Positions 56,304 to 64,000 of a stretch of DNA of 64,000 nucleotides are shown here, one piece after another. Source of the stretch: Candidatus Eiseniibacteriota bacterium (lineage in GTDB: Bacteria > Eisenbacteria > RBG-16-71-46 > SZUA-252); contig OY969801.1 in assembly GCA_963703225.1 (NCBI GenBank), positions 448,001 to 512,000 on the forward strand, read 5' to 3'. Numbering within the stretch: position 1 is the first letter of the stretch; each line of letters opens with the position of its first letter. The translations under genes were made by a program, and so were the position numbers. The notes under the pieces were generated by a model. That model saw nothing but the letters and a program-made list of their open reading frames with translations, searched no databases and was not told the origin of the DNA.

Positions 56304-57987
56304 ATGTCACAGGTACCTGATCCACCCCACGAGAAGGAATCGACAGCGAGGGATCTGCCCGAGCTGGATCCCCTCGAGCGTCTGAGCCAGGGTCTCACCC
56401 AGTGGGAGCGGGAGATCCTCACGCAGCCGCGCTCCCCTGCGCGCCCGCGCACTTCCTCCGACCTCGAGCGCGTCAACCACGTCCTCCAAGCGAGCCGCCA
56501 GGTTACCGGCACCCTCGACCTGAACGACCTTCTGGCGCGGATCGTCGACGCCGTCGTCCAAATCGCGAGCGCCGATCGCGGTTTCCTCATGCTGATGCGC
56601 GAGGACGGAAAGCTTCAATTCGAAATCGCGCGAAGCCGCGACGAATCGACGCTGCCGCCCGAGGAATTCCAGATCTCGACCGGGATCGCCGAAGATGCGG
56701 CGCACCGCCGGGAGACGGTCTGGGTTCCTGACGCCGTCGGATCGTCGCTCTTCCAGGATCGGAAGAGCGTTCGCGATCTCTCGCTCCGCACGGTCGTCGC
56801 CATTCCGATCCTGAACGCCGGCCGGGTCCTCGGCGTTCTCTACGTCGATTCGCACTCGATCGCGCACGAATTCACGCCCGAGGACATCGCGATCCTCGAA
56901 GGCTTCGCCGCGCAGGTGGCGGTCGCGCTCGAGAACGCGCGCCTCCACGAGCGTCTCAAGGATTCCAAGAATCGGCTCGAGATCGAAAACCTGAACCTGC
57001 GCCGGGCGCTCAAAGAGGAGTCGCGCTACGGAATCCTCGTCGGACGCAGCCCCAAAATGCTCCGGGTCATGGAGCTTTTGGAAAAGGTCATTCCGACCCC
57101 GGTCACGGTGCTGATCCAGGGAGAGACGGGAACCGGCAAGGAGCTCATCGCGCGCGCGATCCACTCGAATGGCCCGCGGCGCGACGCGAATTTCATCGCC
57201 GTCAACTGCGGGGGCCTCCCCGAGACCCTCTTGGAAAGCGAGCTCTTCGGCTACCGGAAGGGCGCGTTCACTGGGGCGAACGAGGATCGGGTGGGGCTCT
57301 TCGAGGCGGCCGACGGCGGGACCCTCTTCCTGGACGAAGTGGGCGAGATGCCCGCGACGCTTCAGGTCAAGCTCCTTCGCGTACTCCAAGATTCGCAAAT
57401 CCGCCGGGTGGGAGACACCGTATCGAGGCGCGTCGACATCCGCCTGGTGACGGCCACCAACCGAGATCTCAAGTCCGAGGTCGACGCGGGACGCTTTCGC
57501 CAGGATCTCTTCTACCGCCTGAACGTCGTACCGATCACGCTCCCGCCGCTTCGGGAGCGGGGCGAGGACGTGCTTCTGCTCGCGCATCATTTCCTCGAGA
57601 TCTTCGCCAAGCAGCAGACCGAAGCAGATCCGGGGCCTGAGCGCGGAGTCGCGGGAGCTCTTGCTCCGGCATCCGTGGATGGGCAACGTGCGCGAGCTGG
57701 AGAACGCCATGGCGCGCGCGGTGGCGCTGGCCGATCCCGGCGCGCTGATCGAGCCGGCCCTCTTCGGGCTCGGCCCGCCGGTGACCCGGCGGTGGGACGG
57801 ACAGCACACGCTGCGCGAGACGATCGACGCCGTCGAGGCGGAGACGATCCGCGAAGCGCTCCGCCAGTGCGACTCCAACGTCTCCAAGGCGGCCCGCGCG
57901 CTCGGGGTCAGCCGGCAGCACCTCCACAATCGGATGAACGCGCACGGCATCCGCCGCTCGCGCATTCTGAGCGAGACGGCCGGGTAG
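56304..57987 (+). CDS. GAF-domain sigma54-dependent activator with Fis-type HTH (+1 frameshift near 57620)
   Basis: GAF domain (ADRGFLML, GVLYVDS), GETGTGKE, ESELFG, GAFTGA, LFLDEVGE, DLFYRLNV. WMGNVRELEN and the HTH NVSKAARALGVSR are in the next frame. Confidence 0.92.
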
Positions 57988-58985
57988 TGTCGGACGTCGC
58001 CACGCGGCGACTGGCGTCGCTCCGCGCAATCCTCATGCAGAGCGACGCGGAGATCCGCGCGCAGTTCCCCGAATATTTCCTCACCTACTACACCTACCTC
58101 CGCATCATTCGAAACCCGGCGCGGATCGAGCATGTGTTCCAGAAATGCAGGGAGATGTACGAGTATCTCGAGGCCGAAGGGAAGGACGTCCTCGACCTGG
58201 GTGCGGGATTTGGCATCGAGGCGCTACTCGTCGCGATCTACGGAGCACGGAAGGTCATCGCCACCGAGATCGACCACGACATGGTTGCGGTCGGGACCTA
58301 TCTGGCCGAGAAGGTGGACCCGCCGGTCACCCACTTCGAGTCGCGCTACGGAGACGGGATCGGGATGGAATTTCCGGGCGCCTCGTTCGACGGCGTCATG
58401 GCGAACTGCGTGATCTCGCACGTGCGCGACCTGGAGGGCTTCCTGAAGGAGGCGCACCGGCTGCTCCGCCCGGGAGGCATCTTCTTCCTGAGCGATGAGA
58501 ACAACTCGCTCTACCTGCCGGCGCGGGGGCGCCGCCGTCGGGGCTGGCGGAGGATGGAACGGGAGCCAGACGGTCCGTATTTCGCGGCGCGGCGGGCCAT
58601 GATCGGCGAGCACTTTCCACAAATTTCCTCCAACCAGCTCCTCGAGGCCGCCCGGCTGACGCGGGGGCTCGTCGGCGAGGAGGTGCAAGCCGGCGTGCGA
58701 GAGCTGCTCGAAACAGGCCGCGTGACCGGGCGACCGGGGTTCGCCTACCGGGATCCTCGGGATGGGCAGTATCCGGAGCGGGAGCTGAATCCGTTCTGGA
58801 TGATGCGGAAATTCCGGGACGCGGGTCTCGACCCCGAGCTGCTCCCGGCGTTCCTCTCGCGCGGAATCGAGGTTCATCCCCGTCAGTGGATCAAGGATGT
58901 CCTCCGCTTCTTCTGCGAGCGGTGGCCGACGCTTTCCGTCTACGTTTGGCCGATCATGAGGATCCGAGGGCGAAAAGCCCGTTGA
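57987..58985 (+). CDS. Class I SAM-dependent methyltransferase
   Basis: VLDLGAGFG, FDGV, VISHV, RLLRPGG. GTG overlaps the activator's TAG. Confidence 0.8.
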   Translation: MSDVATRRLASLRAILMQSDAEIRAQFPEYFLTYYTYLRIIRNPARIEHVFQKCREMYEYLEAEGKDVLDLGAGFGIEALLVAIYGARKVIATEIDHDMVAVGTYLAEKVDPPVTHFESRYGDGIGMEFPGASFDGVMANCVISHVRDLEGFLKEAHRLLRPGGIFFLSDENNSLYLPARGRRRRGWRRMEREPDGPYFAARRAMIGEHFPQISSNQLLEAARLTRGLVGEEVQAGVRELLETGRVTGRPGFAYRDPRDGQYPERELNPFWMMRKFRDAGLDPELLPAFLSRGIEVHPRQWIKDVLRFFCERWPTLSVYVWPIMRIRGRKAR

Positions 58986-59011
58986 CACCCGCCGCAAGGC
59001 TCACCTAGGCT
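58982..59011 (+). promoter_or_regulatory. Sigma70-like promoter of the DUF6754 operon
   Basis: TTGACA-18-TAGGCT, 8 nt before GTG 59020. Confidence 0.55.
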
Positions 59012-59019
59012 CCGCCTTC

Positions 59020-60210
59020 GTGAGATTGGCGACCGGAGTCACCCTCCTCGCAATTCTCCTCGCGGCGCGAGTCTCCGGTGCCGCGCCGTCCGGCAGTTTG
59101 CCACCGCCTCCGCCCGAGATTCCCGCGCCGACTTCCTTCCTCGCGGTGGACCGCCCGGGCGATACCGGGAACGCGATCCTCCTGACGTGGAAGGATCCTG
59201 CCGACCTGCCCCAGGGCGCGGTCCTCGAAATCAGGCGCGCCGATCCACCCGCGTACGAGTGGACCGCGCTGAGCCGGGTTCAACCGGGGGTGGGCCGTTA
59301 CGTCGACAGCTCGGCGAAGGACGGATCGGACTATCGATACGAGCTCCGCGTGCGCGTCCCGGACGCGCCCGACTCCACGGGGATCGCGGGCGTCGCGGGA
59401 CCCGCCGTGTTGAGCGAATCGGTAGGCTCCCACGACAACTGGTTCCGAGGGGAGCGGACCAATTCGATGATCGCGAACGTCCTTTTCATCGCGATTATTC
59501 TCATCTCCATCGCCGTCGCGAAATCCGGAAAGAACATCTTCATCCGACGGATCGCCGGATTGAACGCGGTGGACGAGGCGATCGGCCGCGCCACCGAGGT
59601 CGGGAAGAAGGTCCTGTACATCCCCGGCATCCAGAGCATGGACGACATCCAGACGGTGGCTTCGATCGCGATCCTGAGCCACGTGGCGCGCGCCACCGCC
59701 CGCTACGGCGCCGACCTCGAGGTCCCGAACAAGGACCCGCTCACGTTCGTCTCCGCGCGCGAGGTGGTCCGCGCCGCCTACCTCACCGAGGGCCGGCCCG
59801 ACCTCTTCCGCGAGGAGATGGTCAACTACGTCACCTACGATCAGTTCGCCTACACGGCTGCGGTCTCGGCGAAGATGATCCGCGAGCGTCCCGCGGCGAT
59901 CTTCTTGATCGGATATTTCTTCGCGGAGTCGCTGATCCTGGCCGAGACCGGACAGTCCACCGGCGCCATCCAGATCGCCGGGCAGGCGGACCCTTCGCAG
60001 CTTCCCTTCTTCGTCGCCACCTGCGACTACACGCTGATCGGCGAGGAGCTCTACGCGGCCGGCGCCTACCTCACGCGGGAGCCGGTTCTCCTCGGATCGA
60101 TGCGGGGGCAGGACATCGCGAAGGCGATTCTCCTGGCGCTCGGGGTCATCGGGATCGCGCTCTCGAGCTTCGGCGTGCGCGGTCTGGTGGAGATGCTGAA
60201 AACCCAATGA
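59020..60210 (+). CDS. Signal peptide + fibronectin-III-like domain + DUF6754-type membrane protein
   Basis: DRPGDTGNAILLTW...YVD...YRYEL; TM helix; IRRIAGLNAVDEAIGRATE, GYFFAESLILAE, QLPFFVATCDYTLIGEELYAAGAYL; C-terminal TM helix. Confidence 0.75.
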   Translation: MRLATGVTLLAILLAARVSGAAPSGSLPPPPPEIPAPTSFLAVDRPGDTGNAILLTWKDPADLPQGAVLEIRRADPPAYEWTALSRVQPGVGRYVDSSAKDGSDYRYELRVRVPDAPDSTGIAGVAGPAVLSESVGSHDNWFRGERTNSMIANVLFIAIILISIAVAKSGKNIFIRRIAGLNAVDEAIGRATEVGKKVLYIPGIQSMDDIQTVASIAILSHVARATARYGADLEVPNKDPLTFVSAREVVRAAYLTEGRPDLFREEMVNYVTYDQFAYTAAVSAKMIRERPAAIFLIGYFFAESLILAETGQSTGAIQIAGQADPSQLPFFVATCDYTLIGEELYAAGAYLTREPVLLGSMRGQDIAKAILLALGVIGIALSSFGVRGLVEMLKTQ

Positions 60211-61007
60211 ACCTCGAATTCGGCCGGGTCACGCTGGTCATCCTGTTCGCCCTGGTCCCCATCCTCGGCATCTTGCTGGGGCTCAGGTCTCCGGGGCTTC
60301 GAAGCAAGATCCCGATCTTCGTGGGGTTTTTCGCGGGATTGATCCCGGTTCTCTCCCTCTACATCCCCAAGAGGTTCCTGTCGGGGCAGACCGGCATGAG
60401 CCCTCGGCTGGACCAGTGGCTCATCATCGTGGCGGGCTTCGCGCTCCTGCTCGGGGTCGTGAACGTGCTCCAAAACAACTTCCGCAAGATCGCCCGCCGG
60501 GAGAAGGGCTGGGTCTACTCGGTGGTTCTCCTGATCGGTCTCTTCGTGACGGGTGGATTCGGGATCTACGGTGCTCTCTCGGGGCAGGGGATCGCGTTTG
60601 CGCCCGACGGCTCGCCGACGCCGTTCAAGTACATGGCCGATTGGTTCTTTCAACCGCTCCAGGCGACGATTTTTTCACTGCTCGCCTTCTTCATGGCGAG
60701 CGCGGCGTTCCGGGCGTTCCGCGCACGAAATACCGAGGCGACGATACTTCTGATCGCGGCCGGCCTCGTCATGATGGGTCGCGTCCCCATCTTGGAATTT
60801 CTCGCGACTCCGTTCGCCGCGATACAGCCGACGGCGGCCGCCGCGAGCCAGGGGTTGGGTAAGCTGACCGAGTGGATCATGAACACGCCGAACGGGGCCG
60901 CGCAGTCGGGGATCATCATCGGCGCCGCGCTCGGGGCGGCGTCGATGGCGATCCGGGTCATCCTCGGAATCGAGCGGGGCTACTTGGGATTGGGGAAGGG
61001 GGAATAA
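60207..61007 (+). CDS. Conserved polytopic membrane protein of unknown function
   Basis: About seven hydrophobic helices; FSLLAFFMASAAFRAFRAR, MMGRVP, RVILGIER. ATGA overlap. Confidence 0.8.
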   Translation: MNLEFGRVTLVILFALVPILGILLGLRSPGLRSKIPIFVGFFAGLIPVLSLYIPKRFLSGQTGMSPRLDQWLIIVAGFALLLGVVNVLQNNFRKIARREKGWVYSVVLLIGLFVTGGFGIYGALSGQGIAFAPDGSPTPFKYMADWFFQPLQATIFSLLAFFMASAAFRAFRARNTEATILLIAAGLVMMGRVPILEFLATPFAAIQPTAAAASQGLGKLTEWIMNTPNGAAQSGIIIGAALGAASMAIRVILGIERGYLGLGKGE

Positions 61008-61008
61008 C

Positions 61009-61884
61009 GTGGCCGGCCTGATCGAGCGGATGCTCCAGCTGGATCGCCGGTGGATCTTCCTCCTCACGCTCTTGAGCGTCACGATCCCGATCATCGTCCC
61101 GATCGGCTTGCCGGTGTCCACGACCCAGTCGACCCGATCGGCCTTCGAGTTCATCGAGACGCTCCGGGAAGGGGATATCGTCTGGATCTCCTTCGACTAC
61201 GGCCCCTCGTCGGCGCCCGAGAACGACCCGATGGCCGAGGCGGTGATGCGCCAGTGCGCCCAGAAGAAAGTCCGCTTTGTCGTGAGCTCGCTGTACGCGC
61301 TCGGGGGACTCGGCCTCGCCAACAACGCGGTCGCGAAGATCGCCGCCGAGTACCCTGGACTTCGGTACGGGGTTGACTACATCAACCTGGGGTACAAGGA
61401 CGGGGCCGCCGCGGTGATGCGCCGCCTCGGAGAAGACATCGCGGGCGCGTTCCCGACCGACGTGAGCGGGAAGCCGCTCGCGGAGTTTCCGATCATGCAA
61501 GGTCTCCACAGCATCCGCCAGACGAAGGTCGTCGTCACCGTCGCGACGGGCATCATCGGGGAATGGTGGATTACCCAGGTGCACCCGCAGACGGGGGTTC
61601 CGGTCATCATCGGGCCGACCGCGGTGAGCGCGCCCAAGTACTACGCGTTTCTCAACGCGGGGCAGCTCGTCGGCATGCTGGGCGGCATGAAGGGGGCTGC
61701 GGAATACGAGAAATTGCTCCGCGCCCGGTACCCGAAGCTTGCGAAGTTCTACCAGACCACGCACGCGTTTACCGCGACCAAAGGAATGGACGGCCAGACC
61801 GTCCTCCACACGGTGATCCTCGTCCTGATTCTGCTTGGAAATCTTGCCTTCATGAAGCAGCGCGCGTCAAAGGCCAAGGCGTAG
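61009..61884 (+). CDS. Conserved membrane-anchored alpha/beta protein of unknown function
   Basis: N- and C-terminal TM helices around a soluble domain; SFDYGPSSAPE, YGVDYINLGYK, GMLGGMKGAAEYE. Confidence 0.8.
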   Translation: MAGLIERMLQLDRRWIFLLTLLSVTIPIIVPIGLPVSTTQSTRSAFEFIETLREGDIVWISFDYGPSSAPENDPMAEAVMRQCAQKKVRFVVSSLYALGGLGLANNAVAKIAAEYPGLRYGVDYINLGYKDGAAAVMRRLGEDIAGAFPTDVSGKPLAEFPIMQGLHSIRQTKVVVTVATGIIGEWWITQVHPQTGVPVIIGPTAVSAPKYYAFLNAGQLVGMLGGMKGAAEYEKLLRARYPKLAKFYQTTHAFTATKGMDGQTVLHTVILVLILLGNLAFMKQRASKAKA

Positions 61885-61887
61885 CGC

Positions 61888-62520
61888 ATGCACTCACCCG
61901 TGATCGGCGTCTGGATCGCAGCCTTCCTGACGATTGCCTGCCTCTCGTTCCTCTACAAGGACAACCCGTTCTTCCGCTTCGCCGAGAGCCTTTTCGCCGG
62001 CGTCTCGCTGGGCTACTACGTCGCGATCGTGCTCGACCAGACGGTCATGCCGAATCTGATCGCACCGATGCGGGAGAACTTCAACCAGAACTGGGACCTG
62101 CTCGTGCCGGGATTGTTGGGCGTGCTTCTCTACATGCGCTACGTGGCGAAGATCGGGTGGGTCTCGCGCTACGCGCTGGCGATCTACGTGACCTACTACA
62201 TCGGCGTGGAGTTCACTCGGAAGGTGCACGGGGAGGTGTTGCCGCAGCTGGCGCGGGCCATCCAACCGCTCGCGGGCCTGGATCGCGCGACGCTCTTCAC
62301 GTTCGTCTACATCGTGGGGGTCTTCAGCGTCCTGGTTTACTTCTTCTTCTCGAAGGAGCAGGGGCCCGTCACCAAGCGGATCGCGCGCCTCGGGGTCTGG
62401 TTCCTGATGATCTCCTTCGGCGCCGCGTTCGGTTTCACCGTGATGGGGCGCGTCGCGCTCCTCATCGGCCGGCTCAACTTCCTAATTTTGGATTGGATCT
62501 ATCCGATTCTGGGAGTTTGA
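61888..62520 (+). CDS. Conserved polytopic membrane protein of unknown function
   Basis: About six hydrophobic helices; LYKDNPFFRFAE, YFFFS, FLMISFGAAFGFTVMGR. Confidence 0.8.
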   Translation: MHSPVIGVWIAAFLTIACLSFLYKDNPFFRFAESLFAGVSLGYYVAIVLDQTVMPNLIAPMRENFNQNWDLLVPGLLGVLLYMRYVAKIGWVSRYALAIYVTYYIGVEFTRKVHGEVLPQLARAIQPLAGLDRATLFTFVYIVGVFSVLVYFFFSKEQGPVTKRIARLGVWFLMISFGAAFGFTVMGRVALLIGRLNFLILDWIYPILGV

Positions 62521-63298
62521 GCATCGGCACGTCGTTGGGGTTCGCCCCCAACGGTTCGGTCTCCAGCGGCTCCACCATCGGTTTCGTTCCCGCGTCCGCC
62601 CCTGTCTCGCCCGCGGCGCCGCTTGAAGCCTTGAAGTTGACCATCGGCACGGTCGTGCGGTTTCCGGCCGGGTAGTCGACGGTCACGACGTCCTTGAGCG
62701 CCGCGATCCGATGCGTGAGCCCGGCGATCGTCTCCGTGGCCGCCCGGATGCGGGCCACCTTGTCGCGCGTCTCGGGCGGAAGGCCCGGATGGACGAAGAG
62801 AAGCTGCGCGTTCCCCTGAATCACTTGGAGCGGGTTGTTGATCTCGTGGTTCAGGGCGACGGCCATGGCCGAGACCGCCTTCATCCGCTCCGCGCGGAGC
62901 CGCTCCTCGGAGGCCTGGTTCACGGCGAGCGCGTTTCGGACCTTGATCGGTAGCTGAAACCGGATGTCCCACTCGGTGAGGGGCTTCATGAAGTAGTCGG
63001 CGGCGCCCAGCGTGAGGCTCCGCTCCACGTCCTCGGGGGCCGTGGAAGCGCTCGCGACGATGACCGGAATATCGCGCAGCCGGTCGCTCTTCTTCACCGC
63101 GAGCAGGATGTCGAACCCGTTGGGGGACGGCATCATCAGGTCCAGAAGGATGAGATCGATCCGCTCCTTCTGGAGGATCTCCAGCGCCTGGGTTCCGTTC
63201 TCCGCCTCGGAGAACGCGTACTCGCCCTGGCGCAGCACCATGCGCAGGAGCTTCCGGTTATGGGCTTCGTCGTCAACGACGAGCAGACGGTGCGTCAT
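62474..63298 (-). CDS. Response regulator with receiver + HisKA-like (DHp) domain, no ATPase domain
   Basis: LVVDDE, LLDLMMP, YFMKP; H-box ALNHEINNPLQVI; ends without N/G boxes. Confidence 0.8.
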   Translation of the reverse strand: MTHRLLVVDDEAHNRKLLRMVLRQGEYAFSEAENGTQALEILQKERIDLILLDLMMPSPNGFDILLAVKKSDRLRDIPVIVASASTAPEDVERSLTLGAADYFMKPLTEWDIRFQLPIKVRNALAVNQASEERLRAERMKAVSAMAVALNHEINNPLQVIQGNAQLLFVHPGLPPETRDKVARIRAATETIAGLTHRIAALKDVVTVDYPAGNRTTVPMVNFKASSGAAGETGADAGTKPMVEPLETEPLGANPNDVPMLKLPESDRSNPKLGS

Positions 63299-63701
63299 GT
63301 GCCTTCTTCTCGAGTAGCGCGCGGATCCGCGCGATGAGCTCGTCCGCGCTCACGATCGGTTTGGAGATGTAGTCGTCGGCCCCCGAATCTTGCAAGAACC
63401 GCTCCCTCGATCCCTTCATGGCGTGCGCGGTGGCGAGGAGGATCGGGATCCCCTTCGTCTTCGGATTGGCGCGGAGGCGGCGACAGATTTCCAGGCCGTC
63501 GACGGGGACGCCGTCCCACAGGCTGTTCGAGAGAGACACGTCCATGATGATCAAGTCGGCCGCCCCCGATTCAATCCGAGCTTGGACGTGCGCGGGATCC
63601 TCCGTCACCTCCACCTCGAACTGCGCCGCGCGAGTGAGGATGAGCTGGAAGAGCTTCGCGTTCATCGGATCGTCCTCGACCACCAGGATTCGCGTCGCCA
63701 T
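63273..63701 (-). CDS. Single-domain response regulator (DivK-like)
   Basis: ILVVEDD, IIMD, DGLEICRRL, TAHAMKG, DDYISKP. Confidence 0.9.
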   Translation of the reverse strand: MATRILVVEDDPMNAKLFQLILTRAAQFEVEVTEDPAHVQARIESGAADLIIMDVSLSNSLWDGVPVDGLEICRRLRANPKTKGIPILLATAHAMKGSRERFLQDSGADDYISKPIVSADELIARIRALLEKKAHDAPSARR

Positions 63702-63707
63702 CGCTCT

Positions 63708-64000
63708 TCACTCCGCTCCTGAGAGAGAACCGATCGGGGCCGGAAAGCCCAGGGTCACCCGCGTCCCGCGGTTCAGCCCTTCGCTCTCCACGGCGATCGT
63801 GCCGCCCATGTTCCGGACCAGGGCCAACGTGATCGCGAGGCCGAGGCCCGTTCCCGTGTGACGCCGGCTGTACGACGAATCCGCCTGCGCGAACTTGGTG
63901 AAGAGCCGGGCTTGCCGCTCCGGCGGGATGCCGACCCCGGTATCGTCGATCACGACCCGGGCCTCATCCGTCGCGCCGTCGCGCCACGCGCGGACCCTCA
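63708..64000 (-). CDS. Sensor histidine kinase, C-terminal HATPase portion (5'-partial)
   Basis: G1 DDTGVGI, F box LFTKFAQ, G2 GTGLGLAI. Runs off the window end. Confidence 0.9.
   Translation of the reverse strand, partial: RVRAWRDGATDEARVVIDDTGVGIPPERQARLFTKFAQADSSYSRRHTGTGLGLAITLALVRNMGGTIAVESEGLNRGTRVTLGFPAPIGSLSGAE

Noticed and set aside
56304..58985. Apparent 893-aa sigma54 activator-methyltransferase fusion
   Set aside because: The activator's GNVRELEN and HTH are in another frame ending at TAG 57987. The fusion arises from one extra base near 57620.

Overview
High-GC bacterial chromosome segment with outer-membrane features. Gene content is reminiscent of an uncultured FCB-adjacent lineage such as Ca. 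Eisenbacteria, which is an inference only. In order: (1) 1-10.3 kb, a tightly coupled + strand run of rsmI, a CDP-alcohol phosphatidyltransferase, inositol-3-phosphate synthase, tmk, an S41 protease, dusB, larB, larC, a tandem ECF-type ATPase and an O-methyltransferase. (2) 10.3-18.6 kb, short accessory genes, a 5'-truncated remnant, a large M28-PA-PDZ-PD40 peptidase and a GT-C-like membrane protein. (3) 18.7-25.9 kb, a PyrR-attenuated pyrR-B-C-[TPR lipoprotein]-K-D-F operon. (4) 25.9-56.2 kb, directly coupled to it, a ~30 kb surface-polysaccharide locus with nucleotide-sugar enzymes, three flippases, SLBB/Wzz export proteins, two ligase/polymerase-like proteins, many glycosyltransferases and two initiating transferases. 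(5) A GAF-sigma54 activator and a methyltransferase. (6) A four-gene DUF6754-type membrane operon of unknown function, the best candidate for an undescribed system. (7) A convergent two-component cluster. About eleven single-base insertions split or fuse genes and are most likely read/assembly errors. Several sigma70-like -10 boxes lie 6-9 nt before start codons, suggesting leaderless mRNAs. I saw no rRNA, tRNA, CRISPR array or transposase. All family calls are from motif recognition, not database searches.
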